DNA from: Cirrosporium novae-zelandiae
Taxonomy: Eukaryota
Assembly: GCA_026023565.1 (NCBI GenBank)
Contig: JAPETS010000005.1
Coordinates: 372,001-436,000 of the forward strand
DNA: 64,000 bases
Direction: 5' to 3'
The notes under the pieces are model-generated. The model had not been told where the DNA came from. It worked only from the letters and a program-made list of their open reading frames with translations, and did no database searches. Each line of letters starts with the position of its first letter. Within the stretch, counting starts at the first letter, position 1. Position numbers and translations under genes: made by a program. Shown here one piece after another: positions 1-14,631 of the stretch.

Positions 1-404
1 GGAAATGGTATGAATTCGTTACCGATCCTTTGAGTGACCAGGTTTGGGATATGTGGACTGGAAATGCAACAAGAAATACCGAAATATTCAGGGAACTCTT
101 CCGTGCTGACCCAGACGATCATAGTATGCCTCGCCCTTGTCCCTTCTTTTTTCTTACACTCGCTGCGGGACTTTGCTAACAATGAGCAGTCAAAACATTC
201 AAGGACTATGAAAATTTCTTGCCTCATACAGATCTAAAACAAGGCCACCTATTCGACCGTTTTAGACCGGTAGCAGAAGTTAGAGCAAAACTTGATCAGA
301 TTAAGGGCCACCTTGTATGGATGCCATTGGATTTCCTGCGAGATGCCGAAATGGCGGAGGTTGGCCTACAGGTGAATACATATACCGAGAGTATATACAC
401 ATAG
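1..404 (+). CDS. Phospholipase D, C-terminal part (gene starts before window)
   Basis: Spliced reading ...FRELFRADPDDH|IKTFKDYENFLP...LDQIKGHLVWMPLDFL...QVNTYTESIYT*; intron 124-189 (GTATGC..CTAAC..CAG). Resembles fungal PLD C-termini (IKGHLV-x-MPL-x-FL...IYT). Confidence 0.8.
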
Positions 405-1599
405 TTGTTAGATCAGACACAGTTTCATGAGGTCTAGAATTGGGGTCAATAATGCACGCTATGCATGTAAGCAAGGCTGACTCTAATCTCAATTGGGTAG
501 AAAGGTGAGGCATTCGTGCTCGGGATTCCTAGATTGTGAACGGTGCAGGTCTTACCATGCTTGATTTTATTTTGATGGTTTTTTGTTGCAAACCATTTAC
601 AAAGCGAGATCATCTCCACTCTTAATTCATCGATCTCAAGTTCACCTTAAATAAGCGGTGATCGCCGGCTTCTTCGGGTTCCTATCACGTCTCATCTAAG
701 TTTTGGAGCGTTGAAGAATTTAAACCGTGAACTTGCCGAATGCAAGATCTTTGTATCCGTTTTGCATGCTCGATATGACTGGGATCACAATGCCCATAGC
801 CACAGGCCGAGTTTGAAGATTCGGTGTTAAGAGGGTATGCATGAGCACGGACGACTGAGTAGTTCCAGTTTTCAACCGTTGGCAAGCCGACTCCTTGTTT
901 TGTGTTACCTTGAACTTTCAGCCTATAGGGCAAATTTAATGTACCTTGCCAAGCTTTGTGTCTGGCAATTTGTTTAACGAAACCAAACCTATGAGACATG
1001 TGACATGAGAGAGCAGAAAAAATAACTAGATGCTGATGATCTCTCGGTCACTAATCTATACATCTCCAGTCAGCAAAATATACCGGCAAGAGGCACAACT
1101 ACGGTGACAAGACCTCGGGATATAAACAAATGGCTGTTCAACCCTGGTCGGTAATACAAGCATCTTGTCATTCACGAGGTTGTGTAGTACCTAGAGTTGT
1201 GTGGGTCTGTTGTTTTAGGAGTGTTCCAATTCTATGGCTTCAAGGTATACAGGACGCCTTGTTAATGCACCTTGCCACTATCAAATGAATGGCTGGAATG
1301 CGGCTCTTTAATCAATCTGTGCTTGGTCTGAAATTCTATAGGGTCCCGATCCTTGCCAGGTACGTGGGTAACAGTGCAGGCGTCTGAGTTCTTGATTTCA
1401 TGAATATCATTGAATGATATTCAATGGCTTATAGACATTGGCCCCAGTTGTTCGGTGTATTCGGCCCTTTGCCTAATGCTCCATAGCTATTTCCCAATTG
1501 AAATTGACCACCTCTGCCGATTCCGCGAAGTATACATGCACCAAATCGATTCACCTAGACCACGGGAGATACCTTACCCTAAAACAGACCTGGGCAAAT

Positions 1600-2205
1600 C
1601 TAAGACATAATCTGATATTCACAGTCTTGCGGCATCATATCATTGACAGGTAGAATATCCATAGGACAGGCTGATAGCACTATCACCAAATCCATCTCCG
1701 CCTTCAACACCACATGCTGGCCCTTCTTACTGACTGGAGCCTCAAATCGCAGGTTACCTCCTTTTGCTATAGGGATGTTCATAAATAGGTTTAGTGGGGC
1801 GGGCGTAGTCTCGATAGTAATCCCTACTTCCCCTAACGCTTTGTTCAGATTATCGGTACAACTGTCGTGAAACCCCTGAACTCCCAAATTCTGGTACCGA
1901 TATTTATCACAGGCAGCGATCAGTGTGTCATGCATGCCGGGAGTTGTATCCTCGATAAATTCTAACATTGGTTCACGGAAGTTGCTGACAAGGATATCAC
2001 CAACGCTGGGGATGCTTTTCAATAAAGCGGCCCGCGTATGTGACATGCAGAGATGCTCCTGAGTAGGGCGGGCTGCATTGAAGGCAAATGTATCAATGAC
2101 TTGTTTCCCGTGAGTGTTGATCACTTTAATTTTTTCTCCTTGGCTAATGTTGAGAAGAAGACCCTTGCGGGCGGGAATGATTTGGGGAGAGGCCATCGGC
2201 TCCAT
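1600..2205 (-). CDS. DUF1989 / urea carboxylase-associated family protein
   Basis: Intronless 201 aa with GxQVxD-F-F, HDTLIAACD, SCxDNL, PLNLFMN and SACPxD motifs typical of DUF1989. Confidence 0.88.
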   Translation of the reverse strand: MEPMASPQIIPARKGLLLNISQGEKIKVINTHGKQVIDTFAFNAARPTQEHLCMSHTRAALLKSIPSVGDILVSNFREPMLEFIEDTTPGMHDTLIAACDKYRYQNLGVQGFHDSCTDNLNKALGEVGITIETTPAPLNLFMNIPIAKGGNLRFEAPVSKKGQHVVLKAEMDLVIVLSACPMDILPVNDMMPQDCEYQIMS

Positions 2206-3638
2206 TTCGATGAACTATGTATGCACTTGGGTATTTTGTAGAGAAAGAAAATGGAAGGGCATCTTTTAATTAGATGTAAATTGTACCAAGGGCTTATCAG
2301 TCAATAGAACCATCGGCATCTCGCAGGTGGCTTAGATACCTTGGTAGGTAAACAATTACCAAAGATCGGTAATCCGACGTACCATAAATACCGTCATCTA
2401 TTTCTCTTCCGCGGCGGCTCATAACAAGTTGCTGATGGAAGCTCATAATCTAGACATACAGGAAACGCTTCCATATTGGCCTTCAAGGAGAATCCAAACA
2501 TGTCATGTCAAGAAATGTCTGCTACATGGGTACCACGGACAATAGTTTCATCTTCAACCAATACACCCGTGGCCGGAAATAGCGTGGGATAACAGACTCT
2601 CTACACCGACAACTCAATCAGTAGAATTCAACCAATTCGACCACTCAGCTTCCGTTTGTCACTCGTCGCCAGAGAATATCGCCACTGTTAAAGTACTAGG
2701 ACGCATTTTCTAACTCACTTCTCTCGGAACCATCGAGATCCCTTCATCGTCACCGCCCTTCTTGGATATCATCCAAGCAATTTTTGAGTTGTTCGGTCCA
2801 ACTCTCCTTCCATTTCCCTCCGTTCTTCGGATGATAAATTCAACTGCGCCAATCTCTTTCCTGAATTCTATCCGTTTGAAATGGGATGGTACCAGCCAAT
2901 TTTCATATTTTGACTTTCGTTTTGTGTCTTTGTCTCCGTCGAGCTGACTTCTAGGTGGTTGGAGCTCCCCAAGACCCAACTGCCGGTATAAGGAGTCAGT
3001 TAAGCAGCCCTTTCCCAAGTTGGGTTATCTTATTGGAAATTCAGTGCCTTGCTCATTGTTTGCTTTTGCTATGCTGACCTGAAAGCCTCCCCTCTTGCGA
3101 ATCTTGTTATGGTGCGAATCTCTTCCATGTATCAGAATTGATAGGAGAGGATCGCTATCCGGAACGGACGACGGTCTATGTCTACTTATGTAGTACGCCA
3201 TACCCTATCTTTGTCTCTGCGTGCAACATCAAGACCCTACCGAGCTGTCAATACCTGTCTTTGCCTTCTTTTGGTGTCTGGTCCTGTGGGTCATGATGAG
3301 CCATGGCTTTCTTTCCTATTCAAAGACCCAGCTATCTCCTGTGGATTTTTTCTTGCCAAATTTATTTACCCCCTTCACAACCCACATCGAAACATTGATC
3401 CTCTCCCCCGACTACCCCTACCTATTCGGCGATTAAATAGATATCACGACCCCTGTTTCTGTTGTAACAAATCCCCAACGGCTCATTGCTGAGGGTTCCT
3501 AACCTGCATCAATCACATCCGTAACCATTCATTCATTCTGTCTCCTGAATCCAAAATTTGCCGTGCTAGCGCGGGACTTGAAGAGGAAAGGAATCCTCAA
3601 CCAGATCAGACAACACCGAGCTTCGAACAAAGCACAGC

Positions 3639-3812
3639 ATGGCTGGAAATTTCGGACATCCAAGCCACCAGCACAGGTACAAACTGCTCAAATCTACCAC
3701 CACTCTCCTCACCTGGACTTGCTCACAATGTTATTCGGGGCCGCACTGGATGATCTGGGAGTGCGAAATATGCACTCGGAAAGTCTGTCGAGGGTGCATG
3801 GACAAGAATTGA
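3639..3812 (+). CDS. 57-aa Cys/His-rich zinc-finger microprotein (C1/DC1-like spacing)
   Basis: ATG 3639 to TGA 3812: MAGNFGHPSHQHRYKLLKSTTTLLTWTCSQCYSGPHWMIWECEICTRKVCRGCMDKN. Three CxxC pairs plus HxxHxH; below the ORF-track length cutoff. Confidence 0.65.
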   Translation: MAGNFGHPSHQHRYKLLKSTTTLLTWTCSQCYSGPHWMIWECEICTRKVCRGCMDKN

Positions 3813-4763
3813 ATCCTGGTCGGACGGATAGCTATGGACGGAGAGATGGTAAGCACCTGGTCAATATTTTCGCCAACAGAAAAACTGATGCAAAATGCTC
3901 TCTACAGATGGCGGGTTGGACATCCTTGGGTACATGGCTGACGAACATTGGTACCCCTCAGACACTTATGACTATTCCTTATTCATTCCACCTGCAGTCA
4001 ATCTGGTTCCTGTTTCTCCACAAAAAGTTTATTGCAAAATGGATCTCCACTGTACTCCAGCCCTGGGTTAATAATTAACCAGGTTTTCCCGAAAAGAGAC
4101 TTGATATACATATTGGCACGGGGGTTATCATGATATAATTTATTTATAATAAAAATTCTTTGACCTATTCTTGCTTAACGGTTAGCGGATTAGACCCTTG
4201 ACAAGAGAAAAAAAAAGCAGTCATGTAAAATTGTTCAGGGGGTCTACGGCTATGCTAGGGGGGTTGCTTTATAAACAGGTGAGGTGGAATCAAGCCCACT
4301 GCTTGATGACTGTGTAGTGGGGCGGCCAATGGGGGAACGGTTCTATGTTGCATTTAATGCTTGATGGGTTAAAGGTCAGTCGCCATACGCGATAGATATT
4401 TGATAGATATGGGTTATTGTGGGAAGGGCCTAAGCTTCTTGTCTCTTAGGGATTACGCCTGAGGGCGCCAATACGAAGGTTGAAACAACCTAGGACCCCC
4501 TTGGCTGAACAAGTGCGGAAATTTTAAAAGGGTTTGTTTGGCGCATTAATCACATCCCTTGAACTGGTCACCCACCCATTGGTTATAACTTACAGCTAAC
4601 AAGAGCCCAGATTTCTCTTTCTGATTTAATTTTATACCAAGATGGTCTCTGCTAGTGGGATCCATTGATGTGTTCAGGGAATACAGATAGTTTGTGGCAT
4701 TTATATTCTCCGATGTTGGGGACTTTGACACAGGAAAACCTCTCGAGGGAACCAATGGCCAGC

Positions 4764-4901
4764 CTGTTTGGTCTGTTTGGTCTGTTTGGCCTTGTAATAA
4801 TATCTGGTTTCTGGTTGGTCACTGTTTGGTGTTTGGCCTGTTTGTCTGGGACTGGAATAGTAATATTTAGCGACCTTTTCGACCTTTTCGACCTTTTCGA
4901 C
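4764..4901. repeat. Two 9-bp tandem repeats, (CTGTTTGGT)x3 and (CGACCTTTT)x3
   Basis: Seen directly at 4764-4789 and 4871-4901. Confidence 0.8.
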
Positions 4902-5102
4902 TCTTTCCGATCTTTTCCCTCTTTTCAACGTAAGATGCAATGGAACCATCCATATTCATATCTCTCCATCTATTTTGTGTGTTTCTCTACCCCACTGGTT
5001 GTCCCTTTGATCATGATAAAATTCAATGTTTTACTCCAGATGTGGTGGGTCAATGAAAGATCTCCCTAAGGTCAGGTTGTTTTCCCGCCTGATCGCTGGC
5101 GC

Positions 5103-5150
5103 CCCCACCCCAGGCGGACAACCCCCACGGGGAGGAAACGCTCTCCGTGG
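5103..5150. promoter_or_regulatory. Clustered CreA/Mig1-type SYGGRG sites upstream of the sugar porter
   Basis: CCCCAC 5103, CCCCAG 5108 and CCCCAC 5123 (reverse complements of SYGGRG), about 470 bp before the ATG at 5590. Confidence 0.4.
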
Positions 5151-5589
5151 AGTATTTCGAAGGGTCTTTGTGGGAGATCGGCCTTTTATGGAAAAACCCC
5201 CGGAATAGACCGGACGGCAGATCTCCCTCCCTCCCTCAAACATCCATTGACAGGGACCGCCATGAGGCTCTACCTGCATCAACTCATGTGGAATTCTTAA
5301 AATTATCCAGTTTTTTGTAGCCCCCCCTAAGACTGTGATTCACGGAAGAAGTTTGTACTTATTTTTCCGACAAAACCAACTCAACTAGAGTTACCAGACT
5401 ATAGAATACCATGGAGGTGGGTAAAATGCATTATGCCTTTGGGTGAGCACGATATAAATGGGCCATGACTTCCTCTCATCATATTTCCCCCTCCGACTCA
5501 TTCAATCTGCGTTGGCCTCCCCAATCTAGTAACTAGGCCTTCAGCATACCCTACGTCATCACTCGTTTGCTTGTTGCTTCCCGATTTCA

Positions 5590-7412
5590 ATGGCCGCCCT
5601 TAGCCCCAAGGTCTACATCTGGTGAGTCTCGAATATCCTATTCCAGTGTGTCGTCTTATGCTCATTTCCCTTTGGGTTCGCCTGCCTTACCGCAGCAACA
5701 TGCAACTCTTACTATGGTTTCGATAACTCGGTATATAATGCTGTTCAAGGCTCTGACAACTGGATTGAGTGGTTTGGTAACCCCGATGCCAACTTAATTG
5801 GAGGCATCAACACCGCATATGCCGTTGGTGCCATTATTACCGGTTTCTTCTTTGGTGGTCCAGTCGCCGACTTCTTTGGTCGAAAGATAGGCATGCTTTT
5901 CGGAAGTGTTCTTGTTATTCTCGGTACCTTCTTGGAAGCCTTTTCCCCTCGAGGCAACGTAGGTTGTTTTATCGCTGGTCGCGTTGTCATTGGTATGGGC
6001 CAAGGTCTTGCGTTGTGTAAGTAAACTCTATGCCATCAAACGACATCCACTGATATCTCAGCTTCTGGTCCAACTTACATCGGTGAAATTTGTCCGGCAA
6101 AGATCCGTGGTACAGTTATGACCTTCTGGCAGGTAGCCTACAGCGTAGGGATGTTCTTTTGCTTCTGGATCAATTTTGCCTGCAACAAGCATAAGGAAAC
6201 GCTTGGTCAATGGGATTGGCGCATGGTCGTCATATTTCAAATATTGTGTCCCTGCATATTGCTTGTCCTAATCCCTATGCTTCCTGAGACACCAAGATGG
6301 TATGTTATCCTGATAACTGCAAAGGTTATTTTCTTTCTATAGGTATGATGAAAGCTTATGCCCTCCTGTGCAGGCATATCAAGCGACACGGCGACATTGA
6401 AAGTGCCCGTCGAGCCCTTCAACTGGTCCGTGAAACCGAAAAGGAAGTTGAAGACGAGATTGTAGCAATCCGCCAAGCCATTGAGTTCGAAAAAACAGCC
6501 ATCTCTAGCTCTTATTCCGCTCTTTGGAAAGATCCATCCGTTCGCAAGCGTGTTCTGCTCGCCATGGCCATGAACGCAGGTCAGCAGTTGACTGGTCAAG
6601 GAAGTCTGAGTACCTACTCAACCAAAGTGTACGAGAAAGTATTCAAGTCATCTTCAACAATTGCTTTGATCAACGCTTTAAATGCTACCTTCGCCATTCC
6701 CTTTACTTTAAATGTTACGTGGACAGTCGAGCGGTTTGGCCGTAAATTCCTTTTCATAGTTGGAGGTATCGGTATGGGAATGTGCATGGTCATTGCCGCT
6801 ACCGTTGAGACTCAAACGCCTACCCATGATGGTGCCAAAACCGAGTCCGTCGGTATCGCAATTGTGTTCCTCCTGTTCCTGTTCATCTTTTTCTGTAAGT
6901 TCCATCTTAACCCCCCCCTTCTTTTTTTTTTCCTTTGCAGAGCTAGCACCCTGCCTACCAAACATATGAACAGGGACACAATACTCAATACTAACTCTTC
7001 TCCAGACAAACCCTCCTGGGGCGCTGTAACCTGGATCTGGTCTTCCGAAATTTTCAGTATGAACGTGCGCGCCCAAGGTGTAGGAATGGCTGGCCAAACA
7101 CAAAATATCACTAATGCCATAGTCCAACAATTCTTCCCTCTCTTCCTCCAAAAATGTGGCTTCTACGCCTTCTACATGTTCGCAGGTCTCGACATCCTGC
7201 TAGCTACATTCGTCTTCTTCTGCATTCCCGAAACAAAGGGAGTCTCGATGGAGGAAATGGATACGCTATTCGGTGGTGTCAGCCATGTAGAAAAGGGAAG
7301 CGCGTTACTGCATTTGGAAAATGCGGCACCGGCTACGCCGACTGGGTCGTCGGGTGTCGAGCTGCAGGAAGATGCGTCTGGAAGAGTCAATGCTGTTCCC
7401 GAGAAAGTTTAG
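5590..7412 (+). CDS. MFS sugar porter (hexose/lactose permease-like), 5 exons
   Basis: YYGFD, ADFFGRK, PETPRW, GQQLTG, VERFGRK, SEIFSMNVRAQG and PETKG motifs. Introns 5622-5675 (non-canonical acceptor), 6017-6061, 6300-6373 and about 6895-7005. Confidence 0.9.
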
Positions 7413-8140
7413 AGTTCAGTCTGGCACGGTACGGATGGAATAATATAGGGTTCCGGTGATCGATCGTATGCGTTCTTGCTCCTTCCTCTTCTCCATCCAT
7501 CCATCCGAACTGCCTATCTGTTCTATTGACGTGAGGGGGTTTATTTTTTCCTTGGGGAGAGGTTCATTCGTTCATTTCAATGCGAGCTTGATCACCACTA
7601 AATATGGCAACTAGGTCAGACATCTTTCTGTCAAGAGTCGCATGTTGTTGTATTCTTAAAGAACTTGGAAGTTAGATAAATATTACTAGAATACTAATGC
7701 GGCTCATGTGAGCCTGATCTACTAATTGTTGTTGTGATCGCCGCTAGAATATTAGTGGACTCGAAGACCAAACTTATTCTACACTAGAATGCTTAACATG
7801 CATGTGGCTAAGTAAACCCGTAACGAGGAATCCTTTTCATTCAATCTTATCTTATATGTTCATCCCATCTTCATGTGAGGTAATACAAGGTAGCATCTCT
7901 GTGAATATCTCATTGATATGTATAGATAATCATAACCCTAATTACTGTGTATTCATCCCGGGGGTCAAATCAACAAATAATTCATCCCATCCCATCTCAT
8001 CAACTCATCTCGCCTCGTCCAATTTGCCCGCACGCATGATATCCAATCACTGCTCATAATAACCGAATCGATGATCCATGAAAGAACGCCCCTCCCCTCA
8101 CCCGGTCATATGGCATGTTCTACTGGACAAAAATCACCGT

Positions 8141-11079
<2,939 letters not shown>

Positions 11080-11223
11080 TGTTAGAATGGGGGTATAATA
11101 GAATGACCGATTTAGTAGTAATGGTGCTGGTTAGGGAGATTAAACATGTATCGAATGAGTTGGTAGGCACGGCAAGATAGACGGATCAACAAGACAAAAA
11201 GGTTTGAGGTTGCTTGGTGTCAA

Positions 11224-11257
11224 ACGCGTTCAAATAATACACTAGCACCCCACGCGT
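11224..11257. promoter_or_regulatory. Two MCB (ACGCGT) cell-cycle boxes in the MCM3 promoter
   Basis: ACGCGT at 11224-11229 and 11252-11257 (plus TCGCGT at 11321), 150-250 bp upstream of an S-phase gene. Confidence 0.7.
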
Positions 11258-11605
11258 AAAGTGCTTTTTGACCAACAAATATCCTTACAAGTCAATCAAG
11301 GACAATGTCTCTTGGTGATGTCGCGTAGGGCATCATAGAATTTCTTGAATTCTTATTACGATCACTTTGTAGATTAGACTTCTTAACCTCTTGTCCATCT
11401 ATCTATCTACCTAAATATATGTAAACCACCACCACCCATGGCTTAACCAATAGCGATGATGCAACCTGTCATAGACTCATCACACATCAACCTAGAAACG
11501 CCAGATCTAATTATCCATGCATATATCCATCTATATGCCAGTCACTTTAAAATCATCCAAAACCCATGCCTCCAGTCCAATAGTAACTTGCTTCCATAAT
11601 TCTTC

Positions 11606-13426
11606 CTACATTCTAGCTCTTCTCCCGTCATCATTCTCCCTTCGCTTCCACTCCCTCATCTCCCTCGTCCCCAAACTTCCTACACCCCCCTCGCCCCTAC
11701 GTTCCCATCCCCCCAATCTCACAACTAAACATGTTGCATTATCCCCTCCAGTTCCCACCTCTCCTGCGTACTTTACCACAGCTCTAGCACCCTCTTCCGG
11801 TGTCTTGGCCTCCTTGATAATATCCACGACTTCCTGATCGCTAGCCTCATCTGTGATACCATCAGACATGAGGACAAGGAATGAATAGGCTTGAGGGGGT
11901 AACTGTGTGAGAAGGACGTCTGGCTCGGAGGAGACGCCGAGACGTTTGCTGCGGATGTCCCCGAAGGCGCGAGAGTTCGCAAGCCCGGAGAGTCGAGATT
12001 CGCCGAAGGAGTCAGTGGAGATGAAGGAAGCGCCGCTCCGGCGCAGACGGGTTGACTCGAGAGGGGTGGTAGGATGGTGGGGGGAGGTTAGTGGAACAGG
12101 AAGACCGGTCAAGGTATTACAGAGAATAATGCGAGTGTCGCCCACGTGGGCGGTGAGAATTGTGGAAGGTGAGGTTGGGTGATAGAATGGGGTTGGGTTC
12201 GGTGTGGAGACGAGGGCTATCGAGGCGGTAGAACCACCTAAGAAGGGTGGTTTGGCGACAGTTTGAGTTATTGGATTTACAGAGGTAGACTCCGGAGCGT
12301 GAGAGGGAGATGAAAATGTGTCACCTTCGTTGAGAGGGCGGTCGGCTAAACAAGAATCGGAAACATGACTGCTTCTGTGAGTTTGAAGCTTGATAAAGTC
12401 AAGATCTGCAAGAAGGAAGGCATAAGCTAAGACTTCGTATACTGTTGGGGATGGAGGCCTATCTCCTGGAAAGTTAGTGGTAGGGGAGGTAGAGGAAAGC
12501 GAGGGGGTCCCGTATGTGAAGTATGGGGGTCGGAAACGGTTGAAGTAGCCACCAATCAGGGATTTGTAATCTTGGACTAGGGAATTTTCGAGATCAGCAA
12601 TCTTTTTATTAGTTGGTGTTACCGTTTCCGGCAGATTTGTATCACTGTGGGAGAATTCTGAAGATAACGATTCTTCGTAGGAGGGATTATAGCCAGGGTA
12701 AGGTTTTGTCGTTTTCAGATTTGACTGGAGACCAAATTCCTTTGCAGCTCTTTCAATATACCCATGTAGGTTTTCTCTCAAATAATCGCTACATTCATTC
12801 CCTCCATGTCCATCGAATACTCCAAAATAAAAGATCTGTGGATCTCCACTTGCCCCTTCCGCTGAGGTCCCTTCTCCTTTCATCAGCTCTCTTCCCGGCC
12901 TTGTCAGGGATATGGGAGCTCTTTTTGCAAAAGCAGGCAGGTCAATAACTCCCGCTTGATATGCATCTTCATTGTAGGGTCTCATGCCCCTGGAAACGGA
13001 TGCTCCAAAGTGATGTTTTGCACTTCGTATTGGAATCCGAACAACTGTGGTATCTCGCGATGTACCGACTATTTGTGGTGGTATTGCCGGTGGAGGACCT
13101 TGTCCCGTGTGGGGTGTGGAGGCGGAGCGGGGGAGTTTATGGTGGGGCCCCCTGATTGATCTCTCGTCAGGGTGGACCGAAGAGGATGGAAGATGAGTGA
13201 CAAAGTAATCGTGGAAAGAGCGTCGAAGAGAATTGGTGTCATGGTGTGAACAAAGGGGTCTTTGTGGACGAGGGGTTGGATGGTGGAGGTAGGAAGATAT
13301 AAAGTCTGGGCAGTGAGATCAGTGCCACTATTTCCATAAACAACTTCGAATTGGGATTATACTATAGCTGTCTGCTAGAGTCCAGCCTAGGGGCTTGCTT
13401 CTGCAAACCATTGAAACCCCAAACAT
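11606..13426 (-). CDS. PTC6: Mitochondrial-type PP2C phosphatase (Ptc6-like)
   Basis: RSFHDYFVTHLP, RPYNED, FGVFDGHGG, AHVGD, LANSRAFGD, SDGI and GDNAT motifs. Frame is open upstream of the ORF-track ATG; a predicted short intron (about 13306-13362) links to an ATG at 13411 or 13426. Confidence 0.85.
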
Positions 13427-14631
13427 AAAAGTCTTGGAATATTCCTCTGACGGTTCACCCTCTTGTTTATCTTTCTGGCGGGAATACTCCAATTAAATTG
13501 AAAACCAAGCCTTACGATATATTAGAGTGAATTAATGAAGGTATCTGGACAGTGCATAGCTACATACTGGCTCAAGTATCTTCGACTCTGGTGGCCATGG
13601 AGGTCAAAGGAGTCGAGGAGTATTGGAGGAAACGGAGATATTGAAACAGCATCTGGGAGTGGGATAATTCTCCGTTGGTCCATCTAAAAAGTTAGAGAGC
13701 TGGTACATGTACATATGATGGCATTAAGCCTTGATTTAGTGTAGTTGATTCATTTAATCTGATTGGTAGGAGTTTAAATGTGCGCGAGGTTTGCACGGTT
13801 TGCATTGTTGGCATAGTTTGTAATGTTTGTGGGGTTTGCAAGGATCTGGGAAATCGGACGACAAACAAATAGATATCCATCTCCATTAAGTTAGATTATT
13901 ACAATGTACTTTCGTATGTTATAGACAATTATAATTAACTCCCAAAGTATATCTCCAATTAATTTCAAAATCAATAATAATTAATCCAAACAAAACAAAA
14001 AAAGGCCATAGACTAAGAGAAATTATTAATAAGGGGGAGTGTTTTTGTGCAAATGGTTCTAGCTATGGGCTTATCCTAAGATGCACTTATCCATCAGATC
14101 TGACCACCTACGTCTTCCAACTCATCGTCTACTCGTACAGTTAATTACTTCCGCAAACGCCGACGACTCTCTCCCCATAAAAAGCGGAGACTGGGCACAC
14201 ATTCTCGTTACATCACGCAAATTCAAACAAAAAAAATACCTTGTAAAACTTGTGAGTATGCTGACCCTCTTTGCTCTACTTCCTAAATTTCTCTCCTATC
14301 TGAACACTTGGCAATAAGAGCTTTACCTTCAAGGCCTTTTGTGCACAGCCGTATATTTTGTATTAACCCTCACTGATAAGAGCCTCTGATTCAAGAATTC
14401 AAAAGACACCTAAACGAGGTCTGAACCAACGAGTCCACGGCAATCTACATTAGCCACCAACGTCCAGGCGGGATTCCGGATTATCTACCTTTCCCGATAT
14501 CGAAAGATAACCAACTGCAGAGTCGTTTTAGGAAAATAAACAAAACAACCCTATAGGGAGTACGCAAGAGAACGCCGAAAGATATCCTACCAGTTACTGA
14601 CCTTTTAGAGTCTCTGGTGGGATCTGTGAAA

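Noticed and set aside
685..999. 104-aa minus-strand ORF
   Set aside because: No recognisable domain and no convincing splice partners; may be chance or a remnant.
2710..3130. Short ORFs with a coiled-coil-like fragment (LAQLNLSSEERREMEGELD)
   Set aside because: Frames are interrupted by stops and no family or transposon motif is recognisable.
3563..4078. 171-aa ORF from the ORF track
   Set aside because: GTG start, runs through an apparent intron and has no motif; the overlapping frame 3639-3812 is far more protein-like.
5125..5150. GC-rich 10-bp hairpin considered as ncRNA, telomerase RNA or Helitron end
   Set aside because: No telomeric template seen nearby and no adjacent CTRR terminus; promoter motifs explain it adequately.
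6300..6373. AG|GT inside sugar-porter intron 3, suggesting recursive splicing
   Set aside because: The second piece would be only 31 nt; a single 74-nt intron restores the frame.
13785..13845. Degenerate 9-bp repeat giving the QTP/QTL/QTM ORF
   Set aside because: Simple intergenic minisatellite; the ORF is an artefact.
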